DNA from: an uncultured Candidatus Saccharibacteria bacterium
Lineage (GTDB): Bacteria > Patescibacteriota > Minisyncoccia > Phycocordibacterales > CAIRYW01
Direction: 5' to 3'
NCBI GenBank assembly: GCA_964406475.1
Contig: CAYORS010000003.1
Location: 1 to 56,381 of the forward strand
Length of the DNA: 56,381 bases
A model generated the notes under the pieces. That model was not told where the DNA came from, searched no databases, and saw nothing but the letters and a program-made list of their open reading frames with translations. A program made the translations under genes and the position numbers. This document shows, piece by piece, positions 7,394 to 15,652 of this stretch. Numbering within the stretch: the stretch's first letter is position 1; each line of letters begins with the position of its first letter.

Positions 7394-7421
7394 CACCTCT
7401 AGCACGGAGTGCATAGAGGTG
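7394..7421 (-). terminator. Intrinsic terminator of the 7429-7959 gene
   Basis: cacctctagcac / gtgcatagaggtg stem with a 1-nt bulge. It begins 8 nt after the stop on the minus strand and is followed by GTTTTTAT. Confidence 0.65.
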
Positions 7422-7428
7422 ATGATGT

Positions 7429-7959
7429 TTAAGGTCGCCATTGCATACTTGGGTCATAAGCGAGGCGCATCCCCCACATGGTTGGACTGAATTGTCCATT
7501 GATATAGTAAAACGCACCCAAAGCTGTGGCAGCCACGCTGATAGCCAAAATTTCTTCAGAAAGATTTCTGAGAGAGCCTGTTACGGATTGATCCATGAGT
7601 CTTTTGAGAATTGTCCTGTTGGACGAATGCATTAAAAGTGGATTAATCCATGCCATACGCTCTGCAAGGATTTCTTCTTCTTTGAAGGGGAAATTTTGAA
7701 GGACTTCGTGCACATTCAGCATGGGGCCCTGAAGGGTAATCATGTTGCCAAGGCGGGTCATTTCCCAGTGCCTGCCGTTGATACGAAGCAAGCCGAGCTT
7801 TGCACATTCGAGCATAACAGTTAAGGTTTCTCGATTGGCAATATTTGCATGTAGATGTGAATTTGAAGAAAGAGCCCTCTGCAGGGCTCCGTAGTTTTCA
7901 TGGCGCCTAAGTAAAAATAGTGCCTGTTTGAAAAAAGGGTGCAGTATGTGTGAGTTCAT
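7429..7959 (-). CDS. Hypothetical protein
   Basis: 176-aa ORF with its own terminator. More GC-rich than neighbouring host-like genes. No motif recognised. Confidence 0.55.
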   Translation of the reverse strand: MNSHILHPFFKQALFLLRRHENYGALQRALSSNSHLHANIANRETLTVMLECAKLGLLRINGRHWEMTRLGNMITLQGPMLNVHEVLQNFPFKEEEILAERMAWINPLLMHSSNRTILKRLMDQSVTGSLRNLSEEILAISVAATALGAFYYINGQFSPTMWGMRLAYDPSMQWRP

Positions 7960-8085
7960 AAGAGAGCTATCTGGTGGAATAGTACTCCAAGATGCTTTAA
8001 AAATCTAGTCAGGCTTGCTTTTGGTAATAAGGGTCTTTTTCTGCTAAAATCTTTTTGTAACAAAAGATGAGTTCTTAATCGCCTT

Positions 8086-8117
8086 TATCTCCAACAAATC
8101 ATACTATCTCCACCAAA
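8086..8117. promoter_or_regulatory. Operator-like direct repeats in a divergent intergenic region
   Basis: tatctccaacaaa (8086-8098) and tatctccaccaaa (8105-8117) match at 12 of 13 positions with starts 19 nt apart. They lie between the divergent genes 7429-7959 (minus) and 8181-8558 (plus). Confidence 0.3.
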
Positions 8118-8180
8118 AGCACTACATTTACAAACTTCTAAAAATGAGTAGTCTTACTTCAGACTAACCAGCTCTTCATT

Positions 8181-8558
8181 ATGAAAATCTTTACTTCTGA
8201 ATACCAGTATTACGTCTGTTATTCGATTCTCTGTGTCGTGTATCCTGTCTCTTCGTCTCTTTGGCTCCTGTTCTGGCGCAATTGGAGAAGAACAGCAACA
8301 TGTGGGCAAGTCCAGAAAAGATATGCCTATCTACCAAAAACAAAACCTAGCACAATGATCGTGTTGGCAGTCGGACTTTTGGTAGTGATGCTCACAGTCC
8401 ATATGCTTCTCTTTTTATGGAATGTGAGTGAAATAAAAAAGGGTTTATGGATCGCATGGGTCGGATCAGGTTTCAATTGTTTAGGGATTCTGCTCATTCT
8501 CAAGCCCTTTGGAGTAATCGCATCAAGATGTCTGAAACCAAGAGGAAATGCTTCATAG
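8181..8558 (+). CDS. Hypothetical membrane protein
   Basis: 125-aa ORF with about three hydrophobic segments. Start uncertain. Confidence 0.45.
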   Translation: MKIFTSEYQYYVCYSILCVVYPVSSSLWLLFWRNWRRTATCGQVQKRYAYLPKTKPSTMIVLAVGLLVVMLTVHMLLFLWNVSEIKKGLWIAWVGSGFNCLGILLILKPFGVIASRCLKPRGNAS

Positions 8559-8630
8559 ACAAAAGTTTTAACCCGCTTGCTGGTCTCTAGATCTGCGAGT
8601 GGTTTTTAAAATTTCATCCACTGAAAACTT

Positions 8631-9032
8631 CTATTTCCTCTCCGCCACCTCCGCTCGAGTGATAACACCTTTGGTGGCATTATAATAAAAATTCACAGGA
8701 ATCTTTTGCTCTAGCGACATCTTGAGTACAGCAAGTATCGCTGTATCTTCCTTGTCTACACAATATTTGCCTGCCATAGGGGGGAAGCTTGCGCAGTACA
8801 ATTCTCTGTATTCTTGAGAGTCACGAGTCACAGGTAAGGTGAGAAGTTCAAGGTGGGATACAGTTCCTGTCTGCATAAGAGAGCTGTCCTGTGAGTCTGC
8901 TTGTAGTGGTGGGGTGTTGTGAGATGAGTTAGTCATAGATCCTTTTATAAATAGATATGTTAATGATAACATAAAAACGACAAAACATAAGATGATGATA
9001 TGTTGCTTTTTCATATTATAATTATATGTCAT
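8631..9032 (-). CDS. Hypothetical signal-anchored or secreted protein
   Basis: 133-aa ORF. The likely start is MKKQHIIILCFVVFMLSL at 9014, a hydrophobic N-terminal anchor. Confidence 0.55.
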   Translation of the reverse strand: MTYNYNMKKQHIIILCFVVFMLSLTYLFIKGSMTNSSHNTPPLQADSQDSSLMQTGTVSHLELLTLPVTRDSQEYRELYCASFPPMAGKYCVDKEDTAILAVLKMSLEQKIPVNFYYNATKGVITRAEVAERK

Positions 9033-9104
9033 CTAGCCTTTTATGTATAACATTGTCTCTAACTTTTTTCTTCGCAAGGGCTGTCTCTGTGGATATAATA
9101 TGTG

Positions 9105-9113
9105 TGATATAAT
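9105..9113 (+). promoter_or_regulatory. Extended -10 element (TGaTATAAT) upstream of the ankyrin gene
   Basis: Exact TGnTATAAT match, 15 nt before the ATG at 9129. Confidence 0.45.
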
Positions 9114-9128
9114 TACACTCATAAATCA

Positions 9129-9887
9129 ATGATACAGAAAATATTTTTAGTAGTAATAGTTATTTTTTTTGTCGCATCTTATTTTTTAAGAGGGATATTT
9201 ATGGATTTATTTAATAAACAAACAAATCCTATGCTTGCTCATCAAGCGGAGGAGTATTATTCTGATTCAGTTTCAATAAAAATTGCTTCTGCAATACAGA
9301 AAGATGACATAGATCTATTGGAGGATTTAGTGAAATCTCCTGATTTTAAACCAGAAGATCATGGCAAGAGAGATGTTTCATTAATTTTGTGGGCAGCCTC
9401 TTTAGATAATATAAACGCTATATCTGTATTAATAAAAGCGGGTGTACCTGTCGATGATGTTATGGTATTTAATAGAATTAATATGAACATGGTATCAATT
9501 GCTGTTAGTTCTAGAAATCCTGAGTTTTTAAAAATTTTATTAGATGAGGGAGCAAATCCAAATGGTGTTGGAGATACAGAAGCGCCTCTAATAACCGCTA
9601 TTTTTGCAAAGAGATGGGATAGATTTGATCTTTTGATTAATAAAGGGGCGGATATTGAAAAACAAGATGATGCAGGAGTAACACCACTTATTCAACTTGC
9701 GCTAGTAAGTGAATATGAGCAAGTGTTAAAACTTTTAAAATTAGGTGCTAATCCAGAACATAAAACAATCTTGGGTATGTCGCTTCGTACAGTGATAGAC
9801 AAATTTCCACTAGATCTATCATCAGAAGCTGGTAAAGCTCAGCAAAGTGTTGTTGATTTTTTGAAAAAAAATAATTCGCAAGGGTAG
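9129..9887 (+). CDS. Ankyrin-repeat protein with an N-terminal membrane anchor
   Basis: 252 aa. N-terminal hydrophobic helix, then repeats such as LILWAASLDNINAISVLIKAGVPVDD, EFLKILLDEGANPNG and GVTPLIQLALVSEYEQVLKLLKLGANP. Confidence 0.85.
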   Translation: MIQKIFLVVIVIFFVASYFLRGIFMDLFNKQTNPMLAHQAEEYYSDSVSIKIASAIQKDDIDLLEDLVKSPDFKPEDHGKRDVSLILWAASLDNINAISVLIKAGVPVDDVMVFNRINMNMVSIAVSSRNPEFLKILLDEGANPNGVGDTEAPLITAIFAKRWDRFDLLINKGADIEKQDDAGVTPLIQLALVSEYEQVLKLLKLGANPEHKTILGMSLRTVIDKFPLDLSSEAGKAQQSVVDFLKKNNSQG

Positions 9888-9944
9888 CTTTTGTAGATTT
9901 ACAGTAGGTTTGCTCATTTAAAATATTAATGACATAATTCTTAT

Positions 9945-10616
9945 ATGAAAGATTTCTCCGGTAATCTTCTTTTGAAGAATAAATACACACCACTCACCGA
10001 CAGTCTAGTATTTATTGATTGTTCAATGGAAAAGATTGTGGAAAAATTTGTAGAGTGGCAAAAGAAGATTTTTTTATCGACAACTGTGCCCAAATCAATA
10101 GTGTGTAGTACTATAAATAGTTCTTCATTGGAGCAGTCACTCCAGAGTATGTCGCTTGTAAAAGAAGGACAGCCCAATAAGTTTTTGTTTATGGAGACAA
10201 AAAGTAATTGGACAGCATATTTTGAAAACGGGGTAGATGGAACAGACGGAATTTCATACCCTTCTTTTTTATCTAAACTACTGAATTGCAAAGTTATTCA
10301 CATTATGGCAGTTCCTCATAGTTCAAGTATTGAAGGTGCTTTATCTTTTGATCTATTCAGTAATAGAAATAAAGGATCTGATTTCTTAAATTTAGAGAGA
10401 AGTATTTCATTGATTCATGATTCAAAATGGCATTTTTATGCCAGTGGAGAACCTTTGAGTTTTGAGAAAGTAGAAGTGTATGATTCTGATTTTGTTACCG
10501 ATAAATTTACATTTGATATTCTATCTGAATATGCATTCAAGATGGGTATAAGTCCATTCGATATTGATTTTTACATTCCAGAAAAATCAATTTTAGTTGA
10601 AAGAGTGAGTATTTAA
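9945..10616 (+). CDS. Hypothetical cytoplasmic protein
   Basis: 223-aa ORF with no overlapping alternative. A CATAAT -10-like element lies 6 nt upstream of the ATG. Confidence 0.6.
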   Translation: MKDFSGNLLLKNKYTPLTDSLVFIDCSMEKIVEKFVEWQKKIFLSTTVPKSIVCSTINSSSLEQSLQSMSLVKEGQPNKFLFMETKSNWTAYFENGVDGTDGISYPSFLSKLLNCKVIHIMAVPHSSSIEGALSFDLFSNRNKGSDFLNLERSISLIHDSKWHFYASGEPLSFEKVEVYDSDFVTDKFTFDILSEYAFKMGISPFDIDFYIPEKSILVERVSI

Positions 10617-10710
10617 CGTTTCATAAAGACAACCCTTGCAAGTTTGCTCGTATAAAATGTATGTTATGATTTGTATATACACAGAAATTTAATAAAATAA
10701 TCATTTCTCA

Positions 10711-11370
10711 ATGAAAAATATTTTTAGAATTTTATTCGCTGTGATTTTGTTTTTGGTTGGAGTAACTGCTTTTGCAGAGTTATCTCTTTCTCAAGATGAC
10801 AAAGCACAGATCGCAAACAGTCTTGATACATTGGTTCAGGCAGTTAATGCAGGCGATGTGTCAAAAATCTCTCTTTTGCTTTCTTCAAGTGGTCAGGCGT
10901 TGTTACCCCAAATACAAGATAGAATAAGGGGAGGGGTCGCATATCAGCTTGACTATACCTCATTTGATAAACGTCTTGAAATAATTGATGCAAATCATAT
11001 CAAAGTCGAAGCAAAATTTGCTGCTTCAGGAGTTGGTTGGAAGACAAGTGGTCTCTCAACATATTTTGTTTTTGAGAAACAAGATAATCAGTGGCTTATT
11101 GCTGATACGGATTTTTACAAAAAGCTAGGATCTGATTATGTTGTCGGGGTATTAAAATGGGTCTTCATAATCACAGGTCCAATATTTCTTTTCATGTTCA
11201 TCTTTTGGCTTTGGATGTTGATTGATTGCCTAAAAAGAGAATTTAAAGATAAAGCTTTGTGGGTTGTGTTACTTTTTGTTTTCAATTTTATTGCTGCATT
11301 GTTGTATTACTTCATCGTCAAACGTAAAAACATATCTAATACGACAACTCCTGAATTTAAAGTGCAGTAA
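10711..11370 (+). CDS. Membrane protein with a C-terminal PLD-nuclease-N-terminal-like (PLDc_N) domain
   Basis: 219 aa. Signal or anchor, then a soluble domain, then WLWMLIDCLKREFKDKALWVVLLFVFNFIAALLYYFIVKRK, typical of PLDc_N two-helix modules. Confidence 0.65.
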   Translation: MKNIFRILFAVILFLVGVTAFAELSLSQDDKAQIANSLDTLVQAVNAGDVSKISLLLSSSGQALLPQIQDRIRGGVAYQLDYTSFDKRLEIIDANHIKVEAKFAASGVGWKTSGLSTYFVFEKQDNQWLIADTDFYKKLGSDYVVGVLKWVFIITGPIFLFMFIFWLWMLIDCLKREFKDKALWVVLLFVFNFIAALLYYFIVKRKNISNTTTPEFKVQ

Positions 11371-11387
11371 AGATTCTAATAAAATTT

Positions 11388-12023
11388 ATGTCATTAAGTG
11401 AACAGTCAGAGAAGAAATGGTTCGGCGACCTGTCTTTGTTGTCGCTTTTGTGTTCGAATGCTGCAACGATCTTTTTTGCAATAACAGAAAACTGGAATTT
11501 GTCGACTGTGATGTGGGTGTACTGGTTTCAAAGTGTAATCATTGGATTTTTTAATTTTGTAAGAATTCTTGGGCTCAAAGAATTCTCTACCGAAGGTTTT
11601 AAGATAAATGGAAAGCCTGCAGCGCCCACACAACAGACAAAATTTTTCACAGCATTTTTCTTTTTGATTCACTTTGGAATTTTTCATCTTGTGTATTTCA
11701 TATTTCTTTTGACAGGAGCTATGACCAAGATATATGGCAGCACTCCAGGTACAACTGAATTAAAATACATTGGATTAACTGCAGTGCTTTTTTTCTTAAA
11801 CCATCTTTTTTCTTATTTTTATAATAAGCCTCGAGATACCAAAAAACAAAACATCGGATCACTTATGTTTTATCCTTATGCGAGAATTATTCCAATGCAT
11901 TTAACAATTATTCTTGGTTTCAAATTCGGTAATGTGTTACCACTGTTTCTTGTACTCAAAACTTTTGCAGACCTTGTGATGCATATTATGGAGCACAATG
12001 TTTTGAGAAAGGGAGAGGAGTAA
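11388..12023 (+). CDS. Multi-pass membrane protein (resembles the DUF6498 family)
   Basis: 211 aa with several TM helices. The VMWVYWFQSVIIGFFNFVRIL pattern resembles that family; this rests on memory only. Confidence 0.6.
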   Translation: MSLSEQSEKKWFGDLSLLSLLCSNAATIFFAITENWNLSTVMWVYWFQSVIIGFFNFVRILGLKEFSTEGFKINGKPAAPTQQTKFFTAFFFLIHFGIFHLVYFIFLLTGAMTKIYGSTPGTTELKYIGLTAVLFFLNHLFSYFYNKPRDTKKQNIGSLMFYPYARIIPMHLTIILGFKFGNVLPLFLVLKTFADLVMHIMEHNVLRKGEE

Positions 12024-12041
12024 TCTTTCTTTTATGTTATT

Positions 12042-12275
12042 ATGTATCATATGATTTCTATTGATACAATCAACGGTTTGGAGGTGTTCAAATACATATG
12101 GATTGTTTTTGTGCTTTTTTGGATTATTGTTTTTGGAGTTTCTTCTGCACTTATCTATCATTGGGTCAAATATACTCAGATAGGGACCATTGGGTTTCGT
12201 ATATCACAGCTTATTTACATAGGCGGCATTATATTTCTTTTCTTTTTGTCTTTTTTCTTTTTTGTTAATATATAA
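12042..12275 (+). CDS. Small membrane protein
   Basis: 77 aa with two hydrophobic helices, packed tightly between neighbours. Confidence 0.5.
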   Translation: MYHMISIDTINGLEVFKYIWIVFVLFWIIVFGVSSALIYHWVKYTQIGTIGFRISQLIYIGGIIFLFFLSFFFFVNI

Positions 12276-12278
12276 GAT

Positions 12279-12800
12279 ATGATCAATCTTGAAGAAGGTG
12301 AATACATTGTGACAAAAGTGCGAAAGCATTGGTGGGGTATTTTGGTGTGGAGTACCAGTCTTGTAGTTTTGGGATTTCTACCTTTGCTTTTCGGGATACT
12401 TTTTTTTGAAGTTTCGTTGCTCTCGGATCCTCATATGGTGAATCTTTTTGGTCTTGGATATACGGTCTGGGTGACTATTTTGTGGGTTTTGTTTTTTGTG
12501 GATTGGACAGATTATTATCTTGATGTATGGGTAGTGACTAACAAGAGGGTTGTTGATATTGATCATATAGGACTTTTTTCTCGTGATGTATCAACTGTGC
12601 GTCTTGATGATATTGAAGACATTACCACAGAGCTTCATGGGGTGATATCTACTCTTTTGAAATTTGGTACTATTACATTACAAACAGCAGGTTCTCGAAA
12701 TGAATTTTATTTGAGAAATGCAAAAAATCCTGAACATGCAAAAACAATTATTTATGGATTAATAAGTGATGTAAAAGACAAATCAATCAACAATGATTAA
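12279..12800 (+). CDS. Membrane-flanked bacterial PH-domain protein (YdbT/bPH_2-like)
   Basis: 173 aa. An EGEYIVTKVRKHWW opening and two TM helices, followed by VVTNKRVVDIDHIGLFSRDVSTVRLDDIEDI... as in bPH_2 domains. Confidence 0.7.
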   Translation: MINLEEGEYIVTKVRKHWWGILVWSTSLVVLGFLPLLFGILFFEVSLLSDPHMVNLFGLGYTVWVTILWVLFFVDWTDYYLDVWVVTNKRVVDIDHIGLFSRDVSTVRLDDIEDITTELHGVISTLLKFGTITLQTAGSRNEFYLRNAKNPEHAKTIIYGLISDVKDKSINND

Positions 12801-13545
12801 AACAAAAACAAAAAAGCAATACATAATTACAGACTCTCATCTGTATCTTGATAAAAAACCAGAAGACAAAAAATACGTTCTTACAATACGTGATCTACCT
12901 CAAGATCAGAAACCTCGCGAGAAGATGCTTGCGTATGGCGTTTCGACACTCACCACTCAAGAGCTTTTGGCACTTGTTCTCAATTCAGGAAGCAAAAAAG
13001 AAGGGATCTTGGAGATGGCAGGAAGAATTCTTAAAGACTACGGCGAAAAAACTTTTGCGGGCAAAGTTGACCCAGAGAAGCTCGCTTCGGATCTCGACAT
13101 CCCACTTCTCAAAGCAATGCAGATTGTTGCATGTTTCGAATTGGGGCGGAGGTTTTTTGAAAAGAAATCATCTCAAATGCCTACACTTCGTACCGCACAG
13201 GACGTCTTCGAGTATCTTGCTGATATGCGCTCACTTCCAAAAGAGCATCTTCGAGGTCTTTATCTCAACTCTCATTTCAAGCTCATTCACGATGAGGTAG
13301 TCTCGATTGGGACTATAGATGCTAATATTATTCATCCGCGTGAGGTGTTTCGTCCTGCGCTTGAGTACGGAGCTGTTGCTCTTATATTGGCACACAATCA
13401 TCCGTCAGGAAGTACTCATCCAAGTGATGCAGACAGGGCGGTCACAGATCAGCTTATTGAAGCAGGGAAGATTATGGGGGTTCGACTTCTTGATCATATT
13501 ATTATATGTAAAGATACGTTTGGAAGGGTGGAGGCTGATTATTAA
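12793..13545 (+). CDS. radC: RadC-like JAB/MPN domain protein
   Basis: 250 aa. A helix-hairpin-helix region (ELLALVLNSG) and the JAB motif LILAHNHPSGSTHPSDAD. Confidence 0.9.
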   Translation: MIKTKTKKQYIITDSHLYLDKKPEDKKYVLTIRDLPQDQKPREKMLAYGVSTLTTQELLALVLNSGSKKEGILEMAGRILKDYGEKTFAGKVDPEKLASDLDIPLLKAMQIVACFELGRRFFEKKSSQMPTLRTAQDVFEYLADMRSLPKEHLRGLYLNSHFKLIHDEVVSIGTIDANIIHPREVFRPALEYGAVALILAHNHPSGSTHPSDADRAVTDQLIEAGKIMGVRLLDHIIICKDTFGRVEADY

Positions 13546-13558
13546 TAATTAAAATAAT

Positions 13559-13861
13559 ATGAAGAAAAAAGAAGAAAGGTATTATCTTGTTGAGACTAAT
13601 GTTGTAGTTCAAGAGTCGGGAGTGTCGATGTTCAAGCTTCTCCGAGAAGAAGATTTTTCACGAGATTTTACTCAGCAGTATCACGATGATGTCAAAGAAC
13701 TCATCAAAGCAAAACTTGCTCTCCTCACAAAGCAATATAATGTTCCAAGTAAAGAAACAAAACGACTCGAAGATCTTATTGAGGAGCTTGTACACGTGAA
13801 TGAAATACTTGTGACATATGATTACAACGATCCTCAGATTAAAAAAATTTTAGAAAAATAG
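13559..13861 (+). CDS. Hypothetical protein
   Basis: 100-aa charged, helical ORF that fills the gap exactly. Confidence 0.55.
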   Translation: MKKKEERYYLVETNVVVQESGVSMFKLLREEDFSRDFTQQYHDDVKELIKAKLALLTKQYNVPSKETKRLEDLIEELVHVNEILVTYDYNDPQIKKILEK

Positions 13862-13862
13862 T

Positions 13863-13942
13863 ATGGCAATAATTTGGAACAAAGTAACTTGGTATTCTAA
13901 ACTTCTTGCAGTTATTGTGTTTGTAGGCACTATTTGGCTAGG
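13863..13942 (+). repeat. Conserved 5' block of the paralog family, copy 1
   Basis: A 53-nt run is identical to copy 2 and a 41-nt run is identical to copy 3. Confidence 0.8.
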
Positions 13943-14972
13943 AATGAATTTTTGGGACGAGTATAAAGAAATAGAAAAAGTAACTAAAGAAACAAGTATT
14001 ATTCAAGAGAGATTTGGTTTAAATCTAGAAAATACAATTACTCCTTCACAAAAACAAAAAATTGAGTTTGGTAATCAGAATATAACAGAAGATGATATTA
14101 AAAATGGGGAGTATGCGGTATGGAATAATAGTGAAGTTATTAAATTCAAGGATGGCAAATATGAAAATAATACAGAAATGATACTTTCCACGATGTCTAA
14201 ACCAATCATTACTGATCTCAATGGTGACGGAGTGAATGAAGGTGTTGTGAGTGTTGTCACATCAAGAGCAGACTCAATGCAGGAATTGTTTTTCGTATCC
14301 AAAAAAAATGATCACATTTATACTTATGTAGTTGTTATTCCTACCGAAAATAGTGATACAGTTAGAAATATAAAAAATATAAGGGTAGACAAAGGTGTAG
14401 TCGCTCTAGATCTTGATATTTTAAGTCCCTCTGATCCACATTGTTGCCCGTCGATTAGTGGTGAGTACAAGTTTACCATTAGAGATGGTATACTGGTAAA
14501 AGTCGATGCTGATAATCTAAAGTGGAAAACATATCAGAATGAAAAGTATGCATATCAAATTGATTATCCGGGAAATTACTCTATCTTTGAAGATACAGAT
14601 GAGGTAAAAGAAAAAGTTATTCCTGTAACAAAAGATAGTTCCTATGTTTATCTTGTCCCGACAGACGGTATACGATTTTTCTTTTGTTGCGAACCTGGTT
14701 TCATATTGATTAATTCTATTTATGATCCAAAAAACGAGAATCTATCAAAATGGATAGAGAAAAATGAGAATAGGTTGCAGACTACTAATAACCTTCTTGA
14801 ACCTAGTAAATATGTTACTTTTGCAGGTGAAAAAACATATACTTCCTCAGGCAGTGAGTATGGTACGTTCAGCGTCTTTATGTTTAATCACAACAATGTT
14901 TCTTACAAAGTGGAAGTAGTTAATATGGATGATGAGTATAATATTCTCTCTACTTTCAAATTCACAAAGTAA
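13863..14972 (+). CDS. Membrane-anchored paralog 1 (IIWNKVTWYSKLLAVIVFVG anchor, C-terminal FKFTK)
   Basis: 369 aa. Shares N-terminal anchor and C-terminal strand with 15543-16667 and 16671-17183. The internal WKTYQNEKYAYQIDYP motif is shared with those paralogs. Confidence 0.8.
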   Translation: MAIIWNKVTWYSKLLAVIVFVGTIWLGMNFWDEYKEIEKVTKETSIIQERFGLNLENTITPSQKQKIEFGNQNITEDDIKNGEYAVWNNSEVIKFKDGKYENNTEMILSTMSKPIITDLNGDGVNEGVVSVVTSRADSMQELFFVSKKNDHIYTYVVVIPTENSDTVRNIKNIRVDKGVVALDLDILSPSDPHCCPSISGEYKFTIRDGILVKVDADNLKWKTYQNEKYAYQIDYPGNYSIFEDTDEVKEKVIPVTKDSSYVYLVPTDGIRFFFCCEPGFILINSIYDPKNENLSKWIEKNENRLQTTNNLLEPSKYVTFAGEKTYTSSGSEYGTFSVFMFNHNNVSYKVEVVNMDDEYNILSTFKFTK

Positions 14973-14973
14973 T

Positions 14974-15001
14974 TTGACAAAGTAGCTACTTTGGCTATAA
15001 T
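14974..15001 (+). promoter_or_regulatory. Near-consensus sigma70-type promoter of the toxin-antitoxin pair
   Basis: TTGACA (14974-14979), 16-nt spacer, TATAAT (14996-15001). The ATG at 15011 follows after 9 nt, which implies a leaderless or very short-leader mRNA. Confidence 0.6.
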
Positions 15002-15010
15002 AGCTATTAT

Positions 15011-15265
15011 ATGACACAAACAACATTTTCAGCCAAAGAGGCAAAAAACAACTTCGGGCGACTTCTCGATGAAGCGCGCGTCGGCCCTGTTTCAATAGAA
15101 AAAAACGGTAGAAAGGTGGCTGTACTACTTTCGACTGAGGAATATAAGAAGTTTGAAGAAATGGAGGATGCAATTTGGATTAAAAAAGCCAACGAGGCAG
15201 CCAAGGAAGGATTTCTTGGTGCGAGTGAAAGTGCTAAATTTATTCAAAATATTTTGAATGAATAA
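15011..15265 (+). CDS. Type II antitoxin, Phd/YefM family
   Basis: 84 aa. MTQTTFSAKEAKNNFGRLLDEARVGPVSIEKNGRKVAVLLSTEEY is a typical Phd/YefM N-terminus. It overlaps the toxin start by 1 nt (TAATG). Confidence 0.85.
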   Translation: MTQTTFSAKEAKNNFGRLLDEARVGPVSIEKNGRKVAVLLSTEEYKKFEEMEDAIWIKKANEAAKEGFLGASESAKFIQNILNE

Positions 15266-15537
15266 TGAGGGTTTTAGAAATTTCAAAAAAATCTACTAAG
15301 TTTATTTTGAAACTTGGCGAAAAGCAGCGCAAACAAATTGTTTTAAAGATTAACTCTCTTACTTTACATCCATTTCCTAATGATAGTATCAAACTTCTAG
15401 GTGCTGATTCTTTTTACCGAGTTGATATCGGAGAATATCGTATCATATATCAAGCAAACTCTGATTTTTTGAAAGTTTTTATTGTAGAGAAGAGGAATGA
15501 CGACGATGTATATCGTAAGTTTAGTAGATTAATTTAA
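15265..15537 (+). CDS. Type II toxin, RelE/ParE family
   Basis: 90 aa. YRVDIGEYRIIYQANSDFLKVFIVEKRNDDDVY matches the RelE/ParE core pattern. Confidence 0.85.
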   Translation: MRVLEISKKSTKFILKLGEKQRKQIVLKINSLTLHPFPNDSIKLLGADSFYRVDIGEYRIIYQANSDFLKVFIVEKRNDDDVYRKFSRLI

Positions 15538-15542
15538 ATTAT

Positions 15543-15652
15543 ATGACTATTATTTGGAACAAAGTAACTTGGTATTCTAAACTTCTTGCAGTTATTGTGT
15601 TTGTGGGAGCTGTTTGGCTAGGGTTTTATTTTAATTCTGAATTCAAAAAGGT
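15543..15652 (+). repeat. Conserved 5' block of the paralog family, copy 2
   Basis: 110 nt. It shares the first ~60 nt with copy 1 and the last ~38 nt (tggctagggttttattttaattctgaattcaaaaaggt) with copy 3. Confidence 0.8.

Noticed and set aside
6671-7517. ORFs 6671-6877 (plus), 7107-7517 (minus) and 7192-7389 (plus) in the ORF-poor locus
   Set aside because: Their compositions are implausible (R/P/G/S-rich) and they have no start context. One runs through the terminator and into the neighbouring gene. The region is better explained as structured RNA or decayed DNA.
12848-13300. 150-aa plus-strand ORF in an alternative frame inside radC
   Set aside because: It is fully nested in the RadC frame, which has clear family motifs. 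The alternative translation is basic and low-complexity.
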